Shown: one piece after another, positions 52,933 through 63,164 of the stretch
How the letters are laid out: each line of letters starts with the position of its first letter
Position numbering within the stretch: the first letter of the stretch is position 1
NCBI GenBank assembly: GCA_965261345.1
Contig: OZ253449.1
Location: 832,001 to 896,000 of the forward strand
Direction: 5' to 3'
DNA from: Chloroflexota bacterium
GTDB taxonomy: Bacteria > Chloroflexota > UBA11872 > VXNJ01
DNA: 64,000 bases
The notes under the pieces: model-generated
What the model saw: only the letters and a program-made list of their open reading frames with translations
Told to the model about the DNA's origin: nothing
Databases searched by the model: none
Program-made: the position numbers and the translations under genes

Positions 52933-54033
52933 CTAGGTAGGCAAGCGCGGAGCGGATATTTCCAGCTGGTCACGGCCGCCGAGTCCCGGAAACGGATCGG
53001 TTGGCAATTCCTGATACCAGTAGGCGACTGAGGCGATGTCATCTTGTAGCGGCAGGTAACGCCGCTCGCGACGGTTGCGCCAGCCCAGCGCCTGGATGCT
53101 CGCCCGCAAGCGCTCGCCGAAGCGAATCGGGTCCATGACGTGGAATCGGTACATCGCAAATCGCCGGTTCTGGTTGTAGGTGGCGGTCGAATCGTAGACC
53201 ACCCGCATCCCGAGGAACGGCGTCGAATAATCGACGTAACGGCCGTCGACATCCCAGTTGTAGGCACCGCCGAAATAGTCTTCGGTGCCGGTGCCACAGA
53301 TGGTTGGAAATTGGTCGTCGGAATCGATGAAGAACTTGATCTCGCCCTCGCCCCACCAACCATCATCATTGGGCTGCCAGCCGATTGAGCAACCAACAAA
53401 ATGGCCACGCCCGAACACGCCGTCCACAATCGTGTGGTCGCTCATGTATTTGAGGGGGTTGGAGCGACGAAATTGGGCGTGGAAATACGCCGCGTCGGAT
53501 TCAATTTCAGTCAGCGCATAGTTGATCTGGTAGTAGCACGATAACGAATCCGATGAGCGGTTTTCAATCGTGATCCGGGCGTTCGTCCTAAACGGCATCT
53601 CCCAGAAACAATTGACGCCGTTGTTGGGATTTACCGAAACCGGCAACGCGTTTACGGGCGAATACTTCTCCCATGGCTGGGCGAAGAAATCACACACTGG
53701 GGCTTCAACCGAGGGCTGTTCCTGACCGTCCCAGAAAAATCGCAGAATGCACTCGCGCCTAACGATCCGTCCGGCAAACCAAATGCTCTGGACCGCTCCA
53801 GGTCCGGAAATATTGGCCAACTCGAAGGTTTGGCCGGGTGCCAGCGTGACCGCCGGTGCAACCTTCCAGCCACGGCCCAGATCAGTGGCCGCCTCACCGC
53901 CGAAACCATTGGTGGCCATGCCCCCGCGGCCGGGCGCACCATCCGGATTTTCGGCGCTGATTGACCGCGTCTTGGCGTTCGAAAGTCGTGATAGGTTGCC
54001 TAGGTGTAACCCCAGGCCGTTGAAGCCGTTCAT
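52933..54033 (-). CDS. DUF2961 / glycoside hydrolase family 172 protein
   Basis: TRSISAEN, WWGEGE, GTGTEDYF and DDIASVAYWYQ motifs. Confidence 0.88.
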   Translation of the reverse strand: MNGFNGLGLHLGNLSRLSNAKTRSISAENPDGAPGRGGMATNGFGGEAATDLGRGWKVAPAVTLAPGQTFELANISGPGAVQSIWFAGRIVRRECILRFFWDGQEQPSVEAPVCDFFAQPWEKYSPVNALPVSVNPNNGVNCFWEMPFRTNARITIENRSSDSLSCYYQINYALTEIESDAAYFHAQFRRSNPLKYMSDHTIVDGVFGRGHFVGCSIGWQPNDDGWWGEGEIKFFIDSDDQFPTICGTGTEDYFGGAYNWDVDGRYVDYSTPFLGMRVVYDSTATYNQNRRFAMYRFHVMDPIRFGERLRASIQALGWRNRRERRYLPLQDDIASVAYWYQELPTDPFPGLGGRDQLEISAPRLPT

Positions 54034-54119
54034 TGGCGGTTGCGCCTGCCATTAGCTCTGATACTGCCCGCAATAAGACTTTAGGCAAGCTGGCACCCGG
54101 CCCTATGGGCCGTTGGGAG

Positions 54120-54434
54120 TCATGACAGCTTGAGCGCGGTCCCGTAGGCGACGATCTCGGCCGAACCCTGCGAAACACTGGCGGTAATAAAGCGGGTCGC
54201 AACAATGGCATTGGCGCCCCTGGACTCGGCTTCGGCCACCATTCGTCCAACCGCCTGCTCGCGCGCTTCAGCTAGCAGTTTGGTGTATTCGATCACCTCA
54301 CCGCCAACGATATTGCGCAGTCCCGCCACGATATCGCGGCCTACGTTGCGCGCCCGCACGGTGCTTCCGCGCACCAACCCGACGGTTTCAAGGACCTGGC
54401 GCCCCGGCACCGAATCAGTCGTAGTAATAATCAA
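54120..54434 (-). CDS. YbjQ (UPF0145) family protein
   Basis: GRDIVAGLRNIVGGE..EYT and YGTA motifs. Confidence 0.92.
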   Translation of the reverse strand: MIITTTDSVPGRQVLETVGLVRGSTVRARNVGRDIVAGLRNIVGGEVIEYTKLLAEAREQAVGRMVAEAESRGANAIVATRFITASVSQGSAEIVAYGTALKLS

Positions 54435-54682
54435 TTGTCAACTTCCTTAAAGTCTTCCTCGCCGCGCTTGCGGAGCCGATCCAGCAGCAGCGCCAAGGTG
54501 GATAACAGCAACCCGACGATCATCGCCGCGACGCCAACGCGGACCGGCAACGGTACCTTGGGGTCGCCTAGAAATATATCCACCAATTGATAGGCCCAGT
54601 AACCGAGCAACAAGACAACGCCGGCGGCCAAACAAATCAGACCGATCCAGAGTGCCGCTTTAACCGCCAAATCTCGCGTCAA
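54431..54682 (-). CDS. small two-TM hypothetical protein
   Basis: TTG start after SD GGTGAGG; overlaps the ybjQ start. Confidence 0.6.
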   Translation of the reverse strand: MTRDLAVKAALWIGLICLAAGVVLLLGYWAYQLVDIFLGDPKVPLPVRVGVAAMIVGLLLSTLALLLDRLRKRGEEDFKEVDN

Positions 54683-54801
54683 TTGCGCCTCACCATCAAA
54701 CCGTATACCAGAAACCGCATAGGGATCTGCAAGCCGATTTTGGCACTCTCCCGGGCCGCACAGAAAAATTCGCAGCCGGTCCACAGTCCTTAAAATGCTG
54801 C

Positions 54802-54874
54802 GGGCCCATAGCTCAGCTGGAAGAGCGCCTCAATGGCATTGAGGAGGCCGTCGGTTCGAGTCCGATTGGGTCCA
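54802..54874 (+). tRNA. tRNA-Ala(GGC), CCA not encoded
   Basis: G3.U70 pair; CCTCA-AT-GGC-AT-TGAGG anticodon arm. Confidence 0.93.
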
Positions 54875-55577
54875 CCGGGGCGTTGCCCCCAAAGTCGGCC
54901 CCCTCGGGTGGCCCTCAAGGGTTCATTGGCTCTGTGGGACCGCCGGGCAATGTGGCGGTCGCATCGAGGATTCAAAACCCGCTGGGCTCTACGCCAATTC
55001 ATTGGTGGCGGGCCGGACGAGCCGCCTGGCTCTGCCAATATCGTTGGTGGTTGAGAGTTCGACAAAGTGGCGGTGTTGGAGGATCTGCCCGGAATCACGC
55101 CCCGCCAGCACCATCCACCATACCGGCGCAGTTGGCAATGTGAAATGCCCACTCCAATGTCAGGCCGCGCGTGCAGGACCGCCTCTGCTACGAAATCGAA
55201 AAGTCGGTGCGCGCGCGCTCATACGTAGCGTTCAGGCCGCCCAACTGACACGATGCGGCACTCCGGACTGCCGGATTTTGCAGTGGGCGCGCAGCAGATT
55301 CGATTTCCCAGAAACCGTGATTTGCACGGGTCCGAGTTCGGCTTGGTAAAACTCAAACAAGAGGTCGGTGGCCGCGTTGATCCCCCTCACGTGCATGTTC
55401 ATCCTCAAGTAACCGACATCTGGGTCGGGATCGAGCCGATGGGAGAAGCCAGATGTTGCCGGTCCGCCTCCGGGATTGTCATGCCGGGACCCACCAGCGA
55501 GAATTTCGGAGGACAGTTTGCTTAAACTCACCGATCGCCCGGCAACCACCTAGGCGGATCATTTGGAAGAAGGACCG

Positions 55578-56279
55578 ATGCGACCCAAACGCCTGGCCCT
55601 GATATTTGCAGGTATTGCCCTGGCAGTCGGTCTGGCTGCCTGCGATGGGCAGACCGAAACGCCCGAAATTGATACGGCGCCACCGGCAGCGAGCGTGGCC
55701 ACCCCGGCCGTGCCCGCAGCAACAGTTCCCGCCCCGCCGGCACCGGTCGCACCCGCCCCTGCCTCGGCAGCGACAACCGAGCCGGTTGCGGCTCCGCCCG
55801 CACCCGAAGTTGATCCGGCCGTACCGGCGCCACCGGTCCTGGATGCTCCCGCACCGCCCCCGCCCGAGCAGCCGGCCGAGCCGGGCCCGCTGGATGGCAT
55901 CATGGTGCCCGACCCCTATGATCCCAATGAGGAGGCGTCGATCCTGGCTCGCTACCAAGCAGATAAAGCACGGTTGCCGGCAGTCCTCGCGTCCGGTTCA
56001 CCGGTGTTGTGGGTTACCGATGCAATCTGGTGCTACCTTTGCGAGGCGGTCCGGCCCCACGTCCGCGAAATCATGGACGAATATGCGGGACGGGTCCACG
56101 TTTTGATCATGGATTACGACGATTCCGACTTGGCCGGCTACCGCAGCGATTTCAACGCCGAAAACCACCCCTCGCTGGCGACTTTAGGGGCAAACGGGGT
56201 CTTGGTCCGCTCCCACCAGGGGGTTGCCAACAAAGCCCAGATCGTGGAGATGATCGAGGCGGCGTTGGCCGCCAGCTAA
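55578..56279 (+). CDS. lipoprotein with Pro/Ala linker and thioredoxin-like domain
   Basis: LAAC lipobox, WCYLC motif and cis-Pro HP. Confidence 0.75.
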   Translation: MRPKRLALIFAGIALAVGLAACDGQTETPEIDTAPPAASVATPAVPAATVPAPPAPVAPAPASAATTEPVAAPPAPEVDPAVPAPPVLDAPAPPPPEQPAEPGPLDGIMVPDPYDPNEEASILARYQADKARLPAVLASGSPVLWVTDAIWCYLCEAVRPHVREIMDEYAGRVHVLIMDYDDSDLAGYRSDFNAENHPSLATLGANGVLVRSHQGVANKAQIVEMIEAALAAS

Positions 56280-56313
56280 TCCGCTCCCGCGACTTTACAA
56301 AAGGCCGGGCCGG

Positions 56314-57501
56314 CTAGCCCAATATCGCGATTCCGGGCAGGGTCTTGCCCTCGAGCATTTCCAGCGCGGCCCCGCCACCAGTAGATACGTGGTCAAACTC
56401 GCGTTCGAGGCCGAGGCCGACGACCGCGGCCACGGAATCGCCACCGCCAACGACTGAATAGGCCTTAGATTGAGCTACCGCCAAGGCGACCCCGTTCGTT
56501 CCGGTCGCAAACGCCGGGACCTCGCTCATCCCCATCGGGCCATTCCAAACCACGCTGCCGGCCAACGCGATCTGCTCAGCGAACGAAGCAATCGTTTTGG
56601 GGCCAATGTCGAGCATCATCTGATCCGGCGGGATTGCGGTCGCCGATACGATCTCGGCCTGGTCGCCAAATTCGGGGCCGGGGGCGATGACCGCGTCCTG
56701 GGTAACCTGCAATTTGATTCCCGCAGCAAGGGCGGCTGCTTCAATCGCCGAAGTTTCCGTCAACAGATCGGGTTCAAGCAGCGATCGGCCGATTTCCAGT
56801 CCCCTGCCGAATAAAAAATTTCCGGCCATGCCGCCGCCTATAAGCAGCGCATCGACTCGATTGAGCAGGCTGCGCAATACCCCGAGCTTGCTGGAAATCT
56901 TGGCGCCGCCAACGATTGCCACCAACGGTCGCGACGGGTCCTGCAGTACCCCGGCGAGTGCCGCGATTTCGCGCTCGACCAAAAATCCCGGGTAGGCCGG
57001 CAGATGGTCGGCTATTCCAACAATCGATGCATGGGCGCGGTGCGAGGCCCCAAATGCGTCATTTACGTACAGATCGCCGGGACCTGACAGGGCTTTGGCA
57101 AAGTGGGGGTCGTTGACGTTTTCACCCGGGTGAAAACGGACATTTTCCGCAAGCACCATCCCTCCTGAAGGCACCTGGGCCAGGGCGCTGGTTACCGAAC
57201 GGCCGATGCAATCATCGGCAAATTGCACCGGACAGCGACAGATTCGAGCCAGTGCCGGGGCTATTGGGGCGAGCGACATTCTTGGATCCGGTCGACCTGC
57301 CGGACGCTTGAAATGTGAATATACGACCACCGCCTTGGCCCTCTCGCGCAGAAATCTAAGCGTTGCAGCAACCGCCTCGATCCGCGTGTTGTCGAGGATC
57401 TTGCCATTCTGTGCGGTGGGGACATTGAGATCGGCCCGGACCAAGACGGTTAGGCCGGCCAGATCGGCCGCCTTGAGGCTACGCATCCACGCTGGCCCCA
57501 C
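56314..57501 (-). CDS. pgk: phosphoglycerate kinase
   Basis: RADLNVP, NDAFG, WNGPMG and STGGGA motifs. Confidence 0.96.
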   Translation of the reverse strand: MGPAWMRSLKAADLAGLTVLVRADLNVPTAQNGKILDNTRIEAVAATLRFLRERAKAVVVYSHFKRPAGRPDPRMSLAPIAPALARICRCPVQFADDCIGRSVTSALAQVPSGGMVLAENVRFHPGENVNDPHFAKALSGPGDLYVNDAFGASHRAHASIVGIADHLPAYPGFLVEREIAALAGVLQDPSRPLVAIVGGAKISSKLGVLRSLLNRVDALLIGGGMAGNFLFGRGLEIGRSLLEPDLLTETSAIEAAALAAGIKLQVTQDAVIAPGPEFGDQAEIVSATAIPPDQMMLDIGPKTIASFAEQIALAGSVVWNGPMGMSEVPAFATGTNGVALAVAQSKAYSVVGGGDSVAAVVGLGLEREFDHVSTGGGAALEMLEGKTLPGIAILG

Positions 57502-57526
57502 AGAGTGCGGGGCTAAGGTCCTGAGC

Positions 57527-58540
57527 CTAGCCCGCTACCGCCGCCGGAGAACCGACCAAATTGACCACATCGGCCAGGCGCGAAGCGTAACCCCACTCGT
57601 TGTCGTACCAAGCCGCGACCTTGGCCAAATTACCGCCCACCACCATAGTGCTGGCCGAGTCGACGATTGACGAGTGTTCATCGCCGCGCAGATCGGCCGA
57701 GACCAGCGGCTCGTCGGAGACCGTCAGGATGCCGGCTAGTTCACCGGCGGCGGCCTGGCGCAGGGTATCGTTGATCTCTTCCGAACTGGTATCGCGATCG
57801 AGCACCACCACAAATTCGACGATCGATACGGTGGCGGTCGGGACCCGGTACGCGGCGCCGTCAAGCCGGCCGTTGAGCTCAGGGATCACCTGTCCGATCG
57901 CCCGGGCGGCACCGGTGGCGGCGGGGACGATATTGAACCCGGCGGCACGCGCATCACGCATATCGGAAACCGCCGAATCAACCAGCGACTGCGACGATGT
58001 ATAGGCGTGAACGGTGGTCATTTGGCCTTTGCGGATTCCGAAGTTGTCGTGAATTACCTTCACCGCCGGCGCCAACCCGTTGGTTGTACACGAAGCGTTG
58101 GAGATGATCCGGTGTCGCTCCGGGTCAAATTGCCGATCGTTAACGCCTAGCACCATCATCAGATCAGCGTCGCTCGACGGCGCCGAAATAATCACTCGCC
58201 GGGCGCCGGCCGCTAGATGCTTTTCAGCAAAGGAACGTTTGGTTCCAACCCCGGTGGCCTCGATGACGACATCGACCTCGAGGTCGGCCCAGGGGAGATT
58301 TGTCCATTCGCGCTCGGCAAATATCCGCACCGGCCGATCATCTACCAGCAGGGTCCCGTCTAGTGCCTCGATCGTACCCGGATAGGGACCGTAATTGGTG
58401 TCGTATTTGAGCAAGTGAGCATTGTGGGCGGGGTCGGTCAGGTCATTGATGGCAACGATCTCAGTCGCCGGATAGCGTTGGCGCAGTGATCGGAAGCAGA
58501 GGCGGCCAATCCGGCCAAAACCATTAATGGCAACACGCAT
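57527..58540 (-). CDS. gap: glyceraldehyde-3-phosphate dehydrogenase
   Basis: INGFGRIGR, SNASCTTN and WYDNEWGY motifs. Confidence 0.97.
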   Translation of the reverse strand: MRVAINGFGRIGRLCFRSLRQRYPATEIVAINDLTDPAHNAHLLKYDTNYGPYPGTIEALDGTLLVDDRPVRIFAEREWTNLPWADLEVDVVIEATGVGTKRSFAEKHLAAGARRVIISAPSSDADLMMVLGVNDRQFDPERHRIISNASCTTNGLAPAVKVIHDNFGIRKGQMTTVHAYTSSQSLVDSAVSDMRDARAAGFNIVPAATGAARAIGQVIPELNGRLDGAAYRVPTATVSIVEFVVVLDRDTSSEEINDTLRQAAAGELAGILTVSDEPLVSADLRGDEHSSIVDSASTMVVGGNLAKVAAWYDNEWGYASRLADVVNLVGSPAAVAG

Positions 58541-58710
58541 GCAGACAGGGTCCTAGGTGATGGGGCGAGCGGTGGTTACTGTACCGGTGCGCTGTGTGGC
58601 TCAATGATCGACCGGTGCGGCGGGTTCGCGAGATTGGATTGGGCCGCGGCAAAATTTTAGCTATTTGATGGATTAACGCCGGAGCCAACCCGCATCGCGA
58701 AAGGGATAGA

Positions 58711-60045
58711 TCAAGCCGGCGGGTCGGACGCCCGATGCAGATCGATCACCCGCGGCCGGGTTGATCCAGCCGAACCGTAGTAGATCGACAGTACGGTACT
58801 GGCGAGCCGCTCAGGGTGGTGATGGATCGGCAGTTCGTGGTCAATGATCGCGTCGGTAAATGTCTCGTAGCCGCGGGCTACAAGTTGCGCCTGGTGGCTG
58901 GCTGGAGCCAGCACAAACGAGCGACTGCGGGTCGACCCCGGCAGGCGCGCCGTGGTATCGGCGTTGACCAGTATGTAATCGAACAGATTTGGGCCGACAT
59001 GGTCCTCGATCGCCCGCACGTGGTCGAGGACGTCAAAGCTCTCGGTCTCACCCCGTTCGGTGGTCACGTTGACCACAAAGAGTTTCATCGCCGAGGAATG
59101 GCGGATCGCGGCGGCGATTTCCGGAACTAACAGATTGGGCAGGATCGAAGTGTAGACGCTGCCCGGTCCGATGACTACGATTTCAGCGGCCAGGATCGCA
59201 TTGACGGCATCTTCGTTGGCGATAACCCGCGCGGGGTGCAGGTAGACCCGGCGAATACGGCGGTTGCCAGACCCGATCCGCGATTCACCGATGACGGTGG
59301 TGCCATCCTCCATTTCGGCAGCCAAATGAACGTCGGTGGCCGTGGAGGGGGTAACGTTCCCATGGATCCGCAACACCTCGGTGAGACCCTCCACCCCGCG
59401 CTCGACTCCCCCGGCAATATCGCGCATGGCGGTAATCAATAGATTTCCCAGGCTGTGACCCTGCAGACCGTCACCGCGGCGGAAACGGTAATCGAGCAAT
59501 TTGGTCATCAATGCTTCCGAATCGGCCAGCGAGGCCAGGCAATTGCGCAGATCGCCCGGCGGCACCAGTTGGAATTCCTTGCGCAGGCGGCCGGAGCTGC
59601 CGCCGTCATCGGCGACCGTCACCACCGCCGTGATGTTGGCGGTTTTTTCCTTGAGCCCGCGCAGCAGCACCCCTTGGCCGGTCCCGCCGCCGATGCTCAC
59701 AACGCGCGGACCACGGCGTAGCAGGCGGCCGCGATAGACCATTTCAGCAACGTTTTCGCCCGGGGCGACCACAATTGAAATCACCGAACGAAACAACAGG
59801 AACACGCTGCTGGCCATTACGGTCAATCCGACCGCGCCGACGAATATTTCACGATAAGGGTGCGCCACCCATTGCAGGGTCCCCAAGCCGACCAGGGAGG
59901 AGGTGCTTTCGGGAAAATCAACCGTGCGATAGACGGTGGCCAGGATCATCGCCAGCGCCAGCCCGACCAATACGGTGCCTACCAATATCCCGACCACGTA
60001 GCGCTTAACGCCCATACCGATTCGCAGCCAGCGTGTAGACCGCAT
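58711..60045 (-). CDS. yvcK: YvcK/GlmR (UPF0052) family protein with N-terminal TM segments
   Basis: GGGTG, DDGGSSGRL, PPGDLRNC and GPGSVYTSI motifs. Confidence 0.9.
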   Translation of the reverse strand: MRSTRWLRIGMGVKRYVVGILVGTVLVGLALAMILATVYRTVDFPESTSSLVGLGTLQWVAHPYREIFVGAVGLTVMASSVFLLFRSVISIVVAPGENVAEMVYRGRLLRRGPRVVSIGGGTGQGVLLRGLKEKTANITAVVTVADDGGSSGRLRKEFQLVPPGDLRNCLASLADSEALMTKLLDYRFRRGDGLQGHSLGNLLITAMRDIAGGVERGVEGLTEVLRIHGNVTPSTATDVHLAAEMEDGTTVIGESRIGSGNRRIRRVYLHPARVIANEDAVNAILAAEIVVIGPGSVYTSILPNLLVPEIAAAIRHSSAMKLFVVNVTTERGETESFDVLDHVRAIEDHVGPNLFDYILVNADTTARLPGSTRSRSFVLAPASHQAQLVARGYETFTDAIIDHELPIHHHPERLASTVLSIYYGSAGSTRPRVIDLHRASDPPA

Positions 60046-60199
60046 CGCCGGAGACCTCCTTGGTGAAGAACCCGCACGGGAAGTTGTAATCTAAGCCCGG
60101 CAGCCGCCAACCCGCCGCCCCGATTCGGACAACGGCCACAATCTAGAATAGCGACCTTATATTGCCGAATTGTTGCAACCCAATGGGAGCCTGCTGAGG

Positions 60200-60490
60200 A
60201 TGTGGGTCGGAACCCTGCAGTTGAACATGCAACTTCCCGGATGCCAATCGCGCAAGGAGAAGCGCAGCATCGTCCGGTCGCTGGTCGAAAGTTCCCGGGC
60301 CAGATTCAACGTCGCCTGCGCCGAAGTCGGTCATCTCGATCGCCGCGACTCAACTCAGATCGGGGTGGCGGCAGTCGCCAATCAGCGGGCATTCGTTCAG
60401 CAGGTGCTAGAAAAAGTGGAAGCGGCGATGCTGGCCCGCCAGCCCGAGGTCGAAATCGGCAGCCGCGAATGTGAAATATACTCGCTCTAG
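60200..60490 (+). CDS. DUF503 family protein
   Basis: SRKEKRS...RFNVACAEV pattern. Confidence 0.85.
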   Translation: MWVGTLQLNMQLPGCQSRKEKRSIVRSLVESSRARFNVACAEVGHLDRRDSTQIGVAAVANQRAFVQQVLEKVEAAMLARQPEVEIGSRECEIYSL

Positions 60491-60589
60491 CAACTAGACG
60501 GTCCCGCAACGCCAGCTCGCAGCCGGCCCCTTCCCGGCCTATGCATCACACGCAACGGTGACCACCGCGCCAAAACTGGGCAATTGGAC

Positions 60590-60724
60590 ATGAAACGCAC
60601 CTATCAACCCAAAGTGCGACGCCGCAAGCGCCGCCATGGGTTCATGCATCGCATGCGCACCCGCGGAGGGCGAGCAGTAATATGCCGCCGCCGCCGCCGA
60701 GGCCGCCAGCGTTTGGCCGCTTAG
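60590..60724 (+). CDS. rpmH: 50S ribosomal protein L34
   Basis: [27 protein letters not shown]..., 44 aa (too short for the ORF track). Confidence 0.96.
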   Translation: MKRTYQPKVRRRKRRHGFMHRMRTRGGRAVICRRRRRGRQRLAA

Positions 60725-60747
60725 CCGCCGGACCGGTATTTTTCAAT

Positions 60748-61092
60748 ATGTCTGACAATCGGACCCCCGTTCCGACCTTGCGGCTGCGCCGCGGCGCCGA
60801 TATCCTGCGGGTACGCGCGCACGGCCTGGTCCACAAGTCGCGGTCCATGCGCGTCTTTGCCACCTCCAATCCGGGTGGTCAGCTGCGGCTCGCCGTTACC
60901 GCCAGCCGCCGGGCTGGAAAAGCGGTGGACCGCAATCGCGCCCGGCGCCGCATCCGGGCCGCTTTCAGACAAGCCCAACTAAGCGTTGGCGCCGAACTTG
61001 ACGTTGTGGCCAACGTGTACCGCCCGGCGCTCTACCAGCCTTGGCCCGGGTTGCTGGCAAACGCCCGCGAAGCACTGTTAAAAGCGTGCTGA
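60748..61092 (+). CDS. rnpA: ribonuclease P protein component
   Basis: GKAVDRNRARRR motif and synteny. Confidence 0.9.
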   Translation: MSDNRTPVPTLRLRRGADILRVRAHGLVHKSRSMRVFATSNPGGQLRLAVTASRRAGKAVDRNRARRRIRAAFRQAQLSVGAELDVVANVYRPALYQPWPGLLANAREALLKAC

Positions 61093-61325
61093 TTCAAAGG
61101 GTTCTGCTGGCCTCAATCAAGGCTTACCAGCTCCTGCTATCGCCGCTGCTGGGTTCCAACTGCCGGTTCCTGCCGACCTGTTCGCAGTACGCCGCCGAGG
61201 CAATTTCCCAGCATGGCGCCCGGCGCGGCGTCTGGCTGACAATTACCCGAATCATGCGCTGCCATCCCTTTAGCAGCACCGGCTACGACCCGGTTCCTGG
61301 GCCACAGCCTGGGAAGGAACACTAG
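61086..61325 (+). CDS. yidD: membrane protein insertion efficiency factor
   Basis: CRFLPTCSQY...RCHP...GYDPVP motif. Confidence 0.93.
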   Translation: MLIQRVLLASIKAYQLLLSPLLGSNCRFLPTCSQYAAEAISQHGARRGVWLTITRIMRCHPFSSTGYDPVPGPQPGKEH

Positions 61326-62297
61326 ATGCCCGGTTGGCAGGAATTTGTCATTGACCCGCTCACCGTGGGCCTTACCGGATTGGCCGACGCGGTCGGTGGA
61401 TTCGGGGTAGCAATAGTCCTAATGACCCTGGCGATCAGGGTATTGATCTTCCCGCTGTCAGTGCGCGGGATTCGCGCTCAACGCAAGATCCAGGTACTCC
61501 AACCCAAGGTCAACGAAATCAAGATGCGGGCTCGCGGTGATCGTCAAAAAGAGTCACAGTTGACCATGGCCTTATATAAGGAATATGGCGTGAGCCCGCT
61601 ATCTGGATGTTTGCCACTGCTGCTGCAGATGCCGGTCCTGCTGGCCATGTACGGGGCGCTGCTTACGGTTGGCACCTGCATTGGCGCCGACGGGGTGCGC
61701 ATCGAACAGGGGATCATGGGGCTGGGTGCTGATACCTACGCCAATTGCGCCGCTCTCGGGGGAACCGTTCCCCTTGACCAAGACTTCCTCTGGTTCAACT
61801 TGGCCCAGATTGATCGCACTATCGAGTTCTTGTTTCTGCCGCAATGGTGGCCCGCCCCGCTCACCTACATCTCGGTGCTGGCGCTGTTGGGCGGCCTGAC
61901 CTTCTGGCTGCAGACCTTTATGGCCCAGCCGGTCCAGGCCCCGACGGGTCCGCAGGCCACATTCCAAAGGGTGATGCAAATCTACCCGCTGTTCTTCGTA
62001 TTTATCGGTTGGTTCTTTTTCTCCGGCATCCTGCTGTACTGGGTCTTGGCCGGATTTATTCAAATCGCTCAGCAGTTTTTCATCTCTGGCTTAGGCAAGC
62101 TCGAGCCAATGCTCTCGCCCGACCACCAAGAGCTTGCCCAACGCCTGGGCGCCGGTTACTTTGCCGGCTCTCAGCCCCCGCCGCCGCAGGCAACGTCGCT
62201 CCCTAAAGAGACCGAGCAACCGGATTCACCGACGCTGGGGGCCAAAACTGCCAACACTCGCAAAAGACGCAGACGAAGGAGACGCCGTCGTGGATGA
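61326..62297 (+). CDS. yidC: membrane protein insertase
   Basis: LQPK and GCLPLLLQMP motifs; synteny. Confidence 0.93.
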   Translation: MPGWQEFVIDPLTVGLTGLADAVGGFGVAIVLMTLAIRVLIFPLSVRGIRAQRKIQVLQPKVNEIKMRARGDRQKESQLTMALYKEYGVSPLSGCLPLLLQMPVLLAMYGALLTVGTCIGADGVRIEQGIMGLGADTYANCAALGGTVPLDQDFLWFNLAQIDRTIEFLFLPQWWPAPLTYISVLALLGGLTFWLQTFMAQPVQAPTGPQATFQRVMQIYPLFFVFIGWFFFSGILLYWVLAGFIQIAQQFFISGLGKLEPMLSPDHQELAQRLGAGYFAGSQPPPPQATSLPKETEQPDSPTLGAKTANTRKRRRRRRRRRG

Positions 62298-63153
62298 AAT
62301 CGAAGTTAAGGCTTCGACCGTTGAGGCCGCAATTAAACAGGCCCTCGAATCGCTGGGCGCCACACTTGACGAGGTGGACGCACGAATCCTTGATTCGGGA
62401 TCGCCCGGCCGACTGCTCGGCTTTGGCGCCCGCGACGCGAAGGTCCTGGTGACCCGTCGCAAGGTCCCGCTGGTATTCGAGGACGAAACCGAACAAGACG
62501 ACGAAATTGAGGACCGGCCGCCAGGTAGGCGCCGGCGATCGCGCGGTTCGCGCGGGCGCCGGCGGCAACCCTCAGCCGAGCGGGAATCGCAAGACGATGA
62601 GAACGGCGAGCGGCGAGGTCGCCGCCGAACCGCCGAACGGGCCCCACGCAAAGCCCCAAGCGAGCGCCGCGAGCGACCTGAACCTGAACCAATGGATCCC
62701 GAAGCGGTCGAACAGGCGCGCGAGTTTGTGGCCGAGTTTTTGCAACAGATGGGGTTTTCGGCCGAGGTCGAGACCGTCGAAAGTAACCCACCAACTCTAA
62801 ATATCCTCTCGACCGGCGACCAGGACATGGCCGCCTTGATCGGATCGCGCGGAGATACTCTGCGGCAGTTCGGGTTCCTGGTGAGCTCGATGCTGGGACG
62901 CCGGATGGAGCAGGGCGTGCGCTTGGTAATCGACGTTGACAACTACCGCGGTCGCCGCGAGGATTCGATCCGCGAACTTGCAACGGAAGCCGCCGACGCG
63001 GTGCGCGAAACCGGGCGCACCGTGACTCTGCGCGTCATGCCCGGGCACGAACGGCGGATCGTACATCTGGCGCTAGCCGACGACGAGGAAGTTCACACGT
63101 ATTCGATCGGCCAAGTTCGCAACCGACGGGTTGTTATCGCCCTGCGCGAGTAG
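62290..63153 (+). CDS. jag: RNA-binding protein Jag/EloR (KH and R3H domains)
   Basis: TVEAAI, LIGSRGDTL and ERRIVH motifs. Confidence 0.9.
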   Translation: MDEIEVKASTVEAAIKQALESLGATLDEVDARILDSGSPGRLLGFGARDAKVLVTRRKVPLVFEDETEQDDEIEDRPPGRRRRSRGSRGRRRQPSAERESQDDENGERRGRRRTAERAPRKAPSERRERPEPEPMDPEAVEQAREFVAEFLQQMGFSAEVETVESNPPTLNILSTGDQDMAALIGSRGDTLRQFGFLVSSMLGRRMEQGVRLVIDVDNYRGRREDSIRELATEAADAVRETGRTVTLRVMPGHERRIVHLALADDEEVHTYSIGQVRNRRVVIALRE

Positions 63154-63164
63154 CCGAACCGATC

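Noticed and set aside
54802-54816. 15-nt identity between the tRNA-Ala and tRNA-Ile2 5' ends as a possible att duplication
   Set aside because: Both are complete tRNAs, and the match covers the acceptor and D-stem consensus.
55670-55890. Low-complexity GC repeats
   Set aside because: They encode the Pro/Ala linker of a lipoprotein.
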